A stretch of DNA of 19,466 bases, from positions 1 through 19,466 of the forward strand of contig CBDURU010000067.1 of assembly GCA_965369865.1 (NCBI GenBank), written 5' to 3'. Below are positions 1 through 8,986 of the stretch, piece after piece (the first letter of the stretch is position 1; each line of letters begins with the position of its first letter). The notes under the pieces were generated by a model. The model saw only the letters and a list, made by a program, of their open reading frames with translations. It had not been told where the DNA came from and did no database searches. Origin of the DNA: an uncultured bacterium (lineage in GTDB: Bacteria > JAJVIF01 > JAPKYR01). The position numbers were made by a program, and so were the translations under genes.

Positions 1-59
1 GATTTCCCGGCCTAGTTACTTGTCCAGATCCTGTTATGTATCGGATTTTCAGGACCGCT

Positions 60-1430
60 TTACCGTGGATTCGGATCGATCCAGTTATCCACACCCTGCG
101 GCGCCGATTTAACCGGCACCCAGACCCAGCCGCCTGAATCCGTACTGAAATCGAGCCGCTCGATGTCGTACCACTCCACAAGTTCACTCTCCAGGGCCTC
201 CCATGTCAGTTCGACCTTCCTGTCATATAGAGTCGGATCGGCATCGGACGCATTGAACACCTCGACATTCGGCGGAATCGCAAATCCAACCGGCAGCCTG
301 ACAATTTTATACGCGGTAAGATCGAGGTAATCCGGGGAGGTATTATCCTCGACATCCCTGACACCTATCAGGCACTGGTAAAATCCGTCCCCTGCCAGTT
401 TTTCATTCGAAACCGTTATCTCGAAAGTCGCGTACCCGTCACCGGTCGATTTATAACTCGTCGATTTCTGTCCATCCCACAATTCGGGACATTCGACGTA
501 TGGCACGTAATGCGATAATTTCCCCTGGTAATCGTACACATCGACCGTTAAGACGGTTTCACCGCCACTCGATGTAAGTCCCAGTCCGACCGGGTTCTGG
601 TTTGCATCGAGTTTCCATGGCTCCGGGCAGTTCGCCTCCATGGGGAAATCCGTCTGCGGATCCGTAACCGGATTATTGTAGGGCAGCGCCCACGACGCAT
701 CGACCGCGTAACCCAGCACAAAATATCCCGCCGGTTTATAAATCTCATATTCACTCGTTACAGCGTTCCCGGCATAAAGAGCGTTGCGAAGGTTGCCCGA
801 TCCCGATGTCGCATGACGCATGAATCCATTCAGGGTTGTATCGGGGTACATCTGGGTCGCAAGTTTCCCGTGGATGTATTCCTGGAATCCACCCTGGCTC
901 TGCCCGAATGTGGTCACGTTGTAAAGAGTTGTATGCCCATCGGCGTTGACTAATTCACTGTTACCGAGGAACAGATCGGACGTAAGCAATCCGGATGCCG
1001 GAAACCAGCGTGAGCCGATTGTCATGATAATTCCACGAACATCGAAAACTGTGAAAACAGGATTGTTAAGGGGATGAGTAAACTCAAGGCTGACGAGGAT
1101 TGTATTATTCGGAGTCCCGCTTAGTCCCTTGACCTTCACACAGTTCGTACACGGCGCTTTTTCGAGCAGGTTAAGGATATTGAGGTGAATCGATGTCTCG
1201 CGAAGGGGAAATATCTCGGCTTCCAGTGAATCGGGATCGATCCCGATATTGTAATATCCCAGGAGGAAACGGTTGGTATTACCGGAGCGATTTTCCGATA
1301 GCTGGATATCCGATGATTCGTCTGGAACAACAGGATTGGGGCCGGTTGAATGGCCCGAACAACCCAAACTTAAAAATAAAACCATGAGCACACAAAAAAG
1401 CGGTAGGTAACGCAAATCAAAACACCTCAC
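60..1430 (-). CDS. Lipoprotein of the local paralog family (conserved CxxC N-terminal module) with an incomplete C-terminal fibronectin type III-like domain; may be truncated
   Basis: 456-aa ORF, GTG start, signal peptide with lipobox LSLGC; shares HLNIL..LE..PCTNC, HP, FDVRGI, LVNADG, LGYAVDASW, ANCPEPWK, YDYQG, ECPEL and LDLTAY motifs with three other ORFs here; C-terminus KVELTW...WYDIER...WID looks like Fn3 strands B-E. Confidence 0.8.
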   Translation of the reverse strand: MRCFDLRYLPLFCVLMVLFLSLGCSGHSTGPNPVVPDESSDIQLSENRSGNTNRFLLGYYNIGIDPDSLEAEIFPLRETSIHLNILNLLEKAPCTNCVKVKGLSGTPNNTILVSLEFTHPLNNPVFTVFDVRGIIMTIGSRWFPASGLLTSDLFLGNSELVNADGHTTLYNVTTFGQSQGGFQEYIHGKLATQMYPDTTLNGFMRHATSGSGNLRNALYAGNAVTSEYEIYKPAGYFVLGYAVDASWALPYNNPVTDPQTDFPMEANCPEPWKLDANQNPVGLGLTSSGGETVLTVDVYDYQGKLSHYVPYVECPELWDGQKSTSYKSTGDGYATFEITVSNEKLAGDGFYQCLIGVRDVEDNTSPDYLDLTAYKIVRLPVGFAIPPNVEVFNASDADPTLYDRKVELTWEALESELVEWYDIERLDFSTDSGGWVWVPVKSAPQGVDNWIDPNPR

Positions 1431-1538
1431 ATGTTAATGCCAGACGCGGTATATAAAATAGTCCGATAAATTATCATGGATAATGTCAAACCTTAAATAA
1501 ACCTTGGCAAATCACTTTCTTACTCAATGAACCATAAT

Positions 1539-1566
1539 ATTATAGATGCTATTTAACTGTTGTCAA
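1539..1566 (-). promoter_or_regulatory. Sigma70-type promoter for the 60..1430 gene
   Basis: Minus strand reads TTGACA (1566-1561), 16 nt spacer, TATAAT (1544-1539): both hexamers are perfect consensus, about 110 nt upstream of the start. Confidence 0.7.
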
Positions 1567-1790
1567 ATTTTATCCTGCATGTGAATCAACAGGATCGGGG
1601 TAATATTCTCAATCCAATTCACGCATGTTCATATGAAAATTCACCGGCGCAAATGCAAATCAGGGAGTTCCTGATACGTTTGAAACCATCTCGCCTCTCT
1701 TTACTTTCGGAATGCCATCGTTTGAGCCGCTGCCTGTCGAATGCCTTGAGGAGTAACATCCTCCCCTGCCTTACGGTCAGGAGTTGAACA

Positions 1791-1821
1791 TAAAAAAGCC
1801 CCTCGGATTGAGGGGTTCTTT
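1791..1821 (-). terminator. Intrinsic terminator after the 1898..4447 gene
   Basis: Minus strand AAGAACCCCTC-AATCC-GAGGGGCTTTTTT: GC-rich stem followed by a U-tract, about 80 nt after the stop. Confidence 0.75.
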
Positions 1822-1897
1822 AATTTCTATTCGGTACATAATTTCAGAATCTTGTCACATAAGCCCCCGGGCCATTATCGCGTCCATGTCGAATATT

Positions 1898-4447
1898 TCA
1901 CCAGGTGCCGTACGGAGTGTACTTGCACAGGAAGGCATCGGTCAATCCATTGGAGGTTTGAATATCATTCCCGCTACTGGTATCGAAGTCGACCGCACCG
2001 TTGAAATCTCCGACCACATAAGAGTTTCCTGGGCTATCCGCAACCACACCGGTGCCGTAATCATGTCCCGAACCTCCCCAGGTTTGCGCCCACTGGAAAT
2101 TACCGGATGAATCGAACTTGCTCAGGAAAACGTCATCCCCGCCACCGGATGTGTGGTTATCCACACCATCGCCCGGATCGAAATCGCATATCTCACGGAA
2201 TTTGCCAGTGACAAACACATTGGATGAGTCATCAACGGCAACCTCTTGTGAGAAATCGGTCAGTTCTCCACCCCATGAATTGGACCACTGGAAGATTCCC
2301 GATGAGTCCAACTTGATGAGGAAGGCATCCCCGGCGCCTACTGAGATATGGACATTCGATCCTTCAGTTGGGTCGAGGTCCGCCCAGAACCTGAAAGAAC
2401 CGGCTACAATCACATTGTCAGAACCGTCCACAGCAATTCCATTACCAAAATCATCTTCCTGACCTCCCCATGTGTACGCTCTCAGGAATGAGCCGGATGT
2501 ATCAAACACGCTGAGGAAGACATCGGCGCCGCCCTTTGTGGTAAGGAGGGTAGTGCCGCCGGGACTCGGATCGAAGTCCACCGAATCCTTGAAATATCCT
2601 GTGACGTAGACCTGATCGGAGCTGTCGACTGCCACCGACGAACCAGAATCCATGTTGTCCCCACCCCAGTTATGCGCCCACTGGAACGCGCCGGAGGAAT
2701 TGAATTTGACCAGGTATACATCCCCGGAACCATTCGAATTATGAGTATCTGTTCCCCCACCTGGATCGAAATCAACAGTACCCTCAAAATTTCCGGTGAC
2801 ATAAATCCCACTGGAACCGTCGACTGCAACTGAAAAGCCACTATCCGAAACTGCTCCTCCCCAGGTTTTCGCCCACTGAAAATTGCCCGATGAATCGAAC
2901 TTGCTCAGGAAAATATCCCCCACACCAAACGCCATATGTACATCGGAACCAGTACCAGGATCGAAATCAACATTGCCCATATAAAATCCAGTGACATATA
3001 TATTTCCCCCATCATCGACCGCGATTTTAAAACCGCTTTCAGATTCACCGCCTCCCCAGACACGAACCCATTGAAAATCTCCCGATGCATTAAAGCAACT
3101 GAGGAAGACATCCGCAGTAGGCTCATCTTTTATGTTTTTCTGGCTAATACGTTGCTCAACACCTGGTCCCGGGTCAAAATCCACTGTGCCGGTGTAGGAA
3201 CCTGTGGCATAAATATTACCTGAGGAACTGATTGCTACGTCGTAGCAGGATTCACCCAGACTGCCTCCCCAGGTTACAGCCCAGCCGAACTCCTTAACAT
3301 ATAAATAGATCGTATTGTAAGCCGTCAGGTCCAGGAAATCAGGAGATGATGCATTTGCGTTATCCTCTACACTGATCAGGCATTGGTAATATCCGCCCGA
3401 CGTAAGCTTACTATTACTTACAGTAACTTCGTACCTTGAATACCCAGGTCCACTGGAAGTGAAAACAGCTTCCTCGGATCCATTGAAAAGTTCAGGGCAT
3501 TCTACCAATGGTGCCGCATGAGACCCCTGCCCCTGCCAGTCGTAGACGTCAATGATGAGCTTTGTTTCACCGCCTTCATTGGTCAGGCCGTCGCCTATGG
3601 GTTCCTCCAGCACAGTTAACTTCCAGGGCTCCAGGCAGTTAGCCGTAACTGGAAAATCAGCCATGGGGTCGGTTACCGGATCGGCAGTCGGAATATCCCA
3701 CGACGCATCGACCGCATAGCCAAGGACAAATGGTCCCGTCGGCAATGCAAGGCTGTACATTTGAGTTACCGAATCTGCCGCGTACAGTGCGTTTCGTGTG
3801 TTTGAAGGACTATCGGTAATGTGACGGATAAACCCGTTTAAATCGGCATTCGGGATATATGGTGTTGCGAATTTTCCCTTGTAGTATGTTAAAAAATCTC
3901 CGGCCTGACCGAGTGTCGAACCGTTATAAAGTTGTGTATATCCCTCAGCGTTGAGTAATTCTCCATTACCTATCGATGAATCCGATATCGTCAATCCCGA
4001 TGCCGGGAAAACTTTGCTCCCGTTAAACATCATGATCCCCCGGACATCGAATATCGTGAATTTCAGATCGTCAAACGGGTGTGTGATCATGATGTCAATA
4101 TCCAGAATTCCGGGCTCTGGAATATTTAACCCGACTAACTTGAAGCAGTCGGTGCATATCCCGGTTTCAAGGAGTTTGAGGATATTGAGATGCAGTGAAC
4201 CCAGACGCACAGGTACCATTTCCGCTTGGATATCATCCGGATCGGATGCGTCGACATAGATCAGGTTGTAATCGAGAAGCATATGATTCAAAGAATCTGA
4301 TGAACCATTATTCTCCATCATTGCAGCCGGGGACGGCTCAGGATCATCAGGTATTACAGGATTGGATGAATCACCAGAACCTGAACAACCGCTTATTAAA
4401 GAAGCAAAAAGCAAAACAGGAATCCAAATTTGAAAAACCGATTTCAT
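1898..4447 (-). CDS. Lipoprotein of the paralog family with C-terminal SBBP-type beta-propeller repeats (about 7), 849 aa
   Basis: Start moved to ATG 4447 (GGAGG upstream, MKSVFQIWIPVLLFASLISGC lipobox); family N-terminal module; repeats of WAxTWGG..D.G..VAVD.SGNIYVTG.F.G.VDFDPG...D.FLSKFDSSG. Confidence 0.88.
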   Translation of the reverse strand: MKSVFQIWIPVLLFASLISGCSGSGDSSNPVIPDDPEPSPAAMMENNGSSDSLNHMLLDYNLIYVDASDPDDIQAEMVPVRLGSLHLNILKLLETGICTDCFKLVGLNIPEPGILDIDIMITHPFDDLKFTIFDVRGIMMFNGSKVFPASGLTISDSSIGNGELLNAEGYTQLYNGSTLGQAGDFLTYYKGKFATPYIPNADLNGFIRHITDSPSNTRNALYAADSVTQMYSLALPTGPFVLGYAVDASWDIPTADPVTDPMADFPVTANCLEPWKLTVLEEPIGDGLTNEGGETKLIIDVYDWQGQGSHAAPLVECPELFNGSEEAVFTSSGPGYSRYEVTVSNSKLTSGGYYQCLISVEDNANASSPDFLDLTAYNTIYLYVKEFGWAVTWGGSLGESCYDVAISSSGNIYATGSYTGTVDFDPGPGVEQRISQKNIKDEPTADVFLSCFNASGDFQWVRVWGGGESESGFKIAVDDGGNIYVTGFYMGNVDFDPGTGSDVHMAFGVGDIFLSKFDSSGNFQWAKTWGGAVSDSGFSVAVDGSSGIYVTGNFEGTVDFDPGGGTDTHNSNGSGDVYLVKFNSSGAFQWAHNWGGDNMDSGSSVAVDSSDQVYVTGYFKDSVDFDPSPGGTTLLTTKGGADVFLSVFDTSGSFLRAYTWGGQEDDFGNGIAVDGSDNVIVAGSFRFWADLDPTEGSNVHISVGAGDAFLIKLDSSGIFQWSNSWGGELTDFSQEVAVDDSSNVFVTGKFREICDFDPGDGVDNHTSGGGDDVFLSKFDSSGNFQWAQTWGGSGHDYGTGVVADSPGNSYVVGDFNGAVDFDTSSGNDIQTSNGLTDAFLCKYTPYGTW

Positions 4448-4653
4448 AATCGAACCTCCGGTGAAATTTGTACGGGTAAATTGTAATTCAATATCGGGTA
4501 CGAGTACAGTGATATCATGAAAAATCCCAAAAACATCAGATGTGCATATTTCAGAGAACAATAACCGGTCTGGCGATTAAAGTCACCCAAAACCATTATA
4601 CCTTGTATCTCTAAGGATCGCTTTGCGATGTGACGTGTAAAAACCCTACAAAT

Positions 4654-4681
4654 ATTATAAATGACCATTCACTCTTGTCCA
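4654..4681 (-). promoter_or_regulatory. Candidate promoter for the 1898..4447 gene
   Basis: Minus strand TGGACA, 16 nt spacer, TATAAT in the AT-rich divergent intergenic region. Confidence 0.4.
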
Positions 4682-4714
4682 TAATAAAATTTCATCAAAA
4701 CTAAGCCAGGTGCG

Positions 4715-4743
4715 TTGACTAATATATCAGCGTAGGGTAAATT
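4715..4743 (+). promoter_or_regulatory. Candidate promoter for the 4785..7079 gene
   Basis: TTGACT (4715-4720), 17 nt spacer, TAAATT (4738-4743). Confidence 0.4.
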
Positions 4744-4784
4744 TGAAATATACATCATCAGGCTCCCAGGCTGGAGGTTACCCG

Positions 4785-7079
4785 GTGCGTTTAATTCAAC
4801 TTTCCCTGATTTTATTTGCCCTGATCGTTCATTGTGCTTGTACATTGAAATACCCGGTGGTACCCGGTCAACCAAGCGACCAGGATTTGAGTGGAAGCAC
4901 GGTCACTCCTGCCAACGGGCCAATTTTACAGACAAATGAATCAGCTCACACATACCTTGGGTACTTCGATATCACCATCGATAAAGAAACAGGTTCTGCT
5001 GAAATAGTCCCTTTAAGGTTAACCAATGTACATCTTAATGCGAGGAAGTTCCTTGAGGAATATCCATGTCCGACATGCCTGGTGATATCCGGGCTGTACG
5101 AGGTGGGCCAGAATGAATGGCTGATCGATGTTCAGTTAATACACCCGTTTTTCGGCCTGGATATTTATTCGGCGTTCGACCTTCGCCTGATAATGATGTT
5201 CGACCCAACCTTCACTTTCCCGGGATCCGGCCTTACATACCCGGACCCGAATATTCAAAGCGGCGGCGCTCTTTTAAATGCCGATGGCTACACGACATTG
5301 TTCAATCCCCTGGATTACCCGCCCGGCGACTCGGATTGGATCGGGTGGGAGTACCAGAAGGGAAAATATGCAACCCCCGATCCCCCTTCATCGACACTAA
5401 ATCCTTATAAAGATTACTTTAAAGACCAACCCCGCCGTTTTTTCGGCTGCACGACCGCCGACACCCAGACTTTCAACATGCGCTTACCAGCAGACGGTCC
5501 CCTGCATTTCGGGTACGTCATTGACGTATGCTGGGAGCCGGCTTTAATCGAAAATCCATCGGGACCCGATGATTTCCCTTTAAGTGCCAATCGTCCGGAA
5601 CCATTTTTTGTTGTTTACCATGTCCAGTTGAACACGCTCTGGTCCGATCCAACTTCCGGTGGGGGCGGGGGCGTACTGCAATTTCTGTTGAAAGTATACG
5701 ATCACCAGGACCCCAAACCGGTCGAGGATGGAGGGACTGTTGCCGGGTTCTGGTGGGAAATACCGGGAATGGTCGACTGGGCAGACCTCGATCCTGTCGG
5801 GAGTATTTCGGGAACCGATTCTATAGGGAACTACACAGCTTATAATTTCAATACGGCACCGGTTCCGGATACACATGGGCAACACAAGGTGCTTTTCGGA
5901 ATCTTTGATATTGAGACGGGGATTTCCGGGAAACCGGAATCAACCTATATTATAACGCAGGTTGCAGTCAATGCAGGCCAATCGTGCTGGTCCGCCGGTG
6001 ACATGCTTTCGGACTACACTACTGAAATTCAGCAGTCGCATCTTCAAAATACACGAGCTTCATTTATCGACAGCGACGGCATCTACCATCTTTTCTACAC
6101 AGACCCCGACTGGCGGCCCCATCACCTGACATACCAGGGAATAGTGCTTGAAGACTTCATTATTCTGCCGGATGTGGAAGTTTACAATCTTACCGCGAGG
6201 CAGGACGCATATGGTGGAATCCATCTCCTGTATGGCGACAAGCCCTTGATTAAGGGGGGGCATATCGTTTACCGCTACATCGATCAAAGCGGTGTAATAA
6301 GCGACCCGGAGAATTTAACTTCTTCAAGTCACGATAGGCGGTTTCAACAGACCCTGACTTTTGCCAATGATGGAACAATGCTCGCGGTATGGATGCATAC
6401 AATTTCCTGGCCTGTTAGGCACCTATGTGCGTCCTGGTTCAATGGGACTAACTGGTCTCCGGAAATGATATTAAAGACAACGTATCTCCCAACAGGCTGG
6501 ATTACCCCAACAGTTGTTGCCGACTCAAATAACATATACCACATCGTATATCAGGATGGTGATCCGATCGATCTTCATTACATGCAATTCGATCAGGGCG
6601 TTGTAATTCTGGATGAGTTAATCGTAGAGGAAATCAAGGACTCTCACTCACCAATGCTGACAATAGACTGGGCGGATCGCATGTATTTAGTTTTTGGAGA
6701 TACCCGGTTTGGAGCTTCCAGAGGATTTTTTAAGATGCGGGATCCTTTTACGGGGATCTGGACAGAGGACATCGACCTCATGGGGTTCTATCATAAAAGC
6801 AACCGTTTCAGAATAGAAATTCTCCCCGATACCAGGATCGCAATTACATGGACCGATTATCGCGACACCACGCGTGGGCTATATTCAAAAATATTCGACC
6901 CATTTCTCAGCGAGGAAGAAATCCAGGCAATTCCCGATGATGAAATCGACGCTATATCCAGCGCTCCAAAAAACATGACGCGCATGTGCATGGGAGCCGA
7001 TGGCACCCTTCATCTGGCATGGAGCGACCGCAGGTCCGGCGACCACGAGCAGTTGTATTATTCACGCTGTACACCTTAA
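4785..7079 (+). CDS. Secreted or lipoprotein paralog (most divergent member) with C-terminal BNR/sialidase-like beta-propeller repeats, 764 aa
   Basis: GTG 4785 preceded by GGAGG (4773-4777) gives MRLIQLSLILFALIVHCAC; motifs IVPLR, HLNARKFLEEYPCPTC, HPF, FDLR, LLNADGY, FGYVIDVCW, ANRPEP; C-terminal repeats DSDGIYHLFY, DAYGGIHLLY, DSNNIYHIVY, DWADRMYLVF, ADGTLHLAWSD. Confidence 0.85.
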   Translation: MRLIQLSLILFALIVHCACTLKYPVVPGQPSDQDLSGSTVTPANGPILQTNESAHTYLGYFDITIDKETGSAEIVPLRLTNVHLNARKFLEEYPCPTCLVISGLYEVGQNEWLIDVQLIHPFFGLDIYSAFDLRLIMMFDPTFTFPGSGLTYPDPNIQSGGALLNADGYTTLFNPLDYPPGDSDWIGWEYQKGKYATPDPPSSTLNPYKDYFKDQPRRFFGCTTADTQTFNMRLPADGPLHFGYVIDVCWEPALIENPSGPDDFPLSANRPEPFFVVYHVQLNTLWSDPTSGGGGGVLQFLLKVYDHQDPKPVEDGGTVAGFWWEIPGMVDWADLDPVGSISGTDSIGNYTAYNFNTAPVPDTHGQHKVLFGIFDIETGISGKPESTYIITQVAVNAGQSCWSAGDMLSDYTTEIQQSHLQNTRASFIDSDGIYHLFYTDPDWRPHHLTYQGIVLEDFIILPDVEVYNLTARQDAYGGIHLLYGDKPLIKGGHIVYRYIDQSGVISDPENLTSSSHDRRFQQTLTFANDGTMLAVWMHTISWPVRHLCASWFNGTNWSPEMILKTTYLPTGWITPTVVADSNNIYHIVYQDGDPIDLHYMQFDQGVVILDELIVEEIKDSHSPMLTIDWADRMYLVFGDTRFGASRGFFKMRDPFTGIWTEDIDLMGFYHKSNRFRIEILPDTRIAITWTDYRDTTRGLYSKIFDPFLSEEEIQAIPDDEIDAISSAPKNMTRMCMGADGTLHLAWSDRRSGDHEQLYYSRCTP

Positions 7080-7139
7080 ACCAAGCACACTTAACTGGTA
7101 TTTTTTTACTAACTGTATTTCAGGAGTTCTCACGGTGGC

Positions 7140-7187
7140 CCCTCATAAAATCGGCCTGAGCGCCAGCGAAGGCAGGTTTTAGGAGGG
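7140..7187. repeat. Imperfect inverted repeat (REP-like hairpin) between convergent genes
   Basis: CCCTCATAAAATCGGCCT pairs with AGGCAGGTTTTAGGAGGG (15 of 18 Watson-Crick) around GAGCGCCAGCGA. Confidence 0.6.
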
Positions 7188-7246
7188 TTTGATACGAATC
7201 GATATTTATTTAACGGAATTGGTCTTAAAACTTAACTGAAAATTTA

Positions 7247-7277
7247 CAAAAAAAAGCCCATCTTACCGAGGGGCTTA
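7247..7277 (-). terminator. Intrinsic terminator of gdhA
   Basis: Minus strand AAGCCCCTC-GGTAA-GATGGGC followed by a long T run, about 35 nt after the gdhA stop. Confidence 0.75.
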
Positions 7278-7309
7278 TTAATTCCTATAAGAGTTATTTC
7301 AAACGTCCA

Positions 7310-8650
7310 TCACACAAGGCCCTGCGCCATCATCGCATCGGCTACCTTCATGTAACCGGCGATGTTCGCGCCAAATACATAGTTGCCTTCGTGACCGTAC
7401 TCTTTCGAGGCGGTTACGCACTGCTCGTGAACCGCGACCATTATTCCGTCGAGTTTCGCGTCAACTTCCTCGCGGGTCCATGACATCCTGAGCGAGTTCT
7501 GGCTCATCTCCAGGCCGCTTGTGGCGACTCCACCGGCGTTCGCTGCTTTGCCGGGTCCGAAAAGAATTTTGCTTTTGATGAATACATCGATCGCTTCAGG
7601 TGTTGACGGCATGTTGGCTCCTTCGGATACGCACATGCAGCCGTTGTCGACAAGGGCTTTCGCGTCGCTGCCGTCAATCTCGTTCTGTGTAGCGGATGGG
7701 AGCGCGACATCGCACTTGACACCCCACGGACGTTTGCCCTCAAGGTATTCGCAACCGTACTTGTCAGCGTACTCCCTGATCCGTCCACGCTTGACGTTTT
7801 TCAGATTCATTACGAAAGCAAGCTTTTCGGCGTCGATACCTTCCGGATCGTGGATCGATCCGTTGGAGTCGGTCAGCGTGATAACCTTTCCTCCGAGCTG
7901 TGTAACTTTCTCGGTCGCGAATTGCGCGACGTTACCGGAACCCGAAATTGTTACCGTCTTGCCCTCGAAACTTTCGCCGCGTGTGGCAAGCATTTCACGT
8001 GCGAAGTAAGTCGTGCCGTAACCTGTGGCTTCGGGACGGATGAGGCTTCCTCCCCAGGAGCGTCCCTTACCGGTAAATACGCCGGTGAACTCGTTGGCTA
8101 GTTTCTTGTACTGCCCGAACATGAAACCGATCTCGCGGCCGCCTACCCCGATATCGCCAGCCGGTACATCGGTGTCTGGGCCGAGATGCCGGAAAAGCTC
8201 GTTCATGAAGGACTGGCAGAATTTCATGACTTCATTGTCGCTCTTTCCCTTGGGGTTAAAATCGGAACCGCCCTTGCCGCCACCCATCGGCAGCGTCGTG
8301 AGTGCGTTCTTGAAAACCTGTTCGAATCCGAGGAACTTGAGGATACTGAGATTCACGGTCGGGTGAAATCGAAGTCCGCCCTTGTAGGGACCGATCGCCG
8401 AGTTGAATTCGACACGGGTACCCGTGTTGACCTGGACTTTACCATCATCGTCGAGCCAGGGTATCCGGAAAATAATAATCCTTTCAGGTATTACGATTCT
8501 CTCGAGGATTTTCGCCTCGACGAATTCGGGATGCCGCTCCATTACCGGCTCGAGCGACTCAACTACTTCCTGCACCGCCTGGATAAACTCGGGCTGCGCA
8601 GGATTTTTAGCCTTCACTTCTTCCATGAAGGATTGAACGAAATCTGACAT
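7310..8650 (-). CDS. gdhA: NADP-specific glutamate dehydrogenase
   Basis: 446 aa; GPYKGGLRFHP, LPMGGGKGGSDF, DVPAGDIGVG, RPEATGYG, SGSGNVA, GKAANAGGVATSGLEM motifs; SD AAAGGAG before the ATG. Confidence 0.97.
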   Translation of the reverse strand: MSDFVQSFMEEVKAKNPAQPEFIQAVQEVVESLEPVMERHPEFVEAKILERIVIPERIIIFRIPWLDDDGKVQVNTGTRVEFNSAIGPYKGGLRFHPTVNLSILKFLGFEQVFKNALTTLPMGGGKGGSDFNPKGKSDNEVMKFCQSFMNELFRHLGPDTDVPAGDIGVGGREIGFMFGQYKKLANEFTGVFTGKGRSWGGSLIRPEATGYGTTYFAREMLATRGESFEGKTVTISGSGNVAQFATEKVTQLGGKVITLTDSNGSIHDPEGIDAEKLAFVMNLKNVKRGRIREYADKYGCEYLEGKRPWGVKCDVALPSATQNEIDGSDAKALVDNGCMCVSEGANMPSTPEAIDVFIKSKILFGPGKAANAGGVATSGLEMSQNSLRMSWTREEVDAKLDGIMVAVHEQCVTASKEYGHEGNYVFGANIAGYMKVADAMMAQGLV

Positions 8651-8845
8651 GCTGTTCTCCTTTAATACATTAAGAAGTTATTTATCAGAAATTCCGTGGC
8701 TTTTCAGAGATCAGTTGCTAGAGCCGCGGAGAATAAAACCTTTCAAGGGCCTCACATGGACCCTGTCCCGACATTAAACCGGAATCATCTGTCAATGAGC
8801 TGAAACTCCTTTAACACCCAAGCGATTAACTTCACAAGGGCGTGG

Positions 8846-8875
8846 ATATTAACATTATTGTTATTTAAGTATCAA
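8846..8875 (-). promoter_or_regulatory. Candidate gdhA promoter
   Basis: Minus strand TTGATA, 18 nt spacer, TAATAT with an extended -10 TG; implies a leader of about 190 nt. Confidence 0.35.
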
Positions 8876-8986
8876 GAGGAAAATTGATGTTTGCTGGAAT
8901 TACAATACCTGAATTTTTCGGACGTATCCGGTGCAAAGAAAAATGGAGCCGGTATGGAGTAGAGGATGCCCTCCCTGACGGTCGGG

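Noticed and set aside
1..62. Stop-codon reassignment to explain the Fn3 read-through
   Set aside because: Conserved genes here end normally at TAA, TAG and TGA, and sense codons in the same stretch also depart from the Fn3 pattern
1465..1484. Fur-box-like GATAAATTATCATGGATAAT
   Set aside because: Hexamer spacing and orientation do not match the 19-bp Fur box, and the region is AT-rich enough for chance matches
1560..1790. Short ORFs or an IS200/IS605 end in this intergenic region
   Set aside because: No convincing SD or protein motif; the hairpin near 1760-1785 only loosely resembles an IS end and no transposase is nearby
4448..4561. N-terminal extension of the 887-aa ORF (likewise 4743-4784 and 15648-15728)
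   Set aside because: Downstream starts have clear SD sequences and put the signal peptide or conserved N-terminus at the start
7504..8647. Several overlapping and antisense ORFs inside gdhA
   Set aside because: Shadow frames of a strongly codon-biased gene, with no independent motifs
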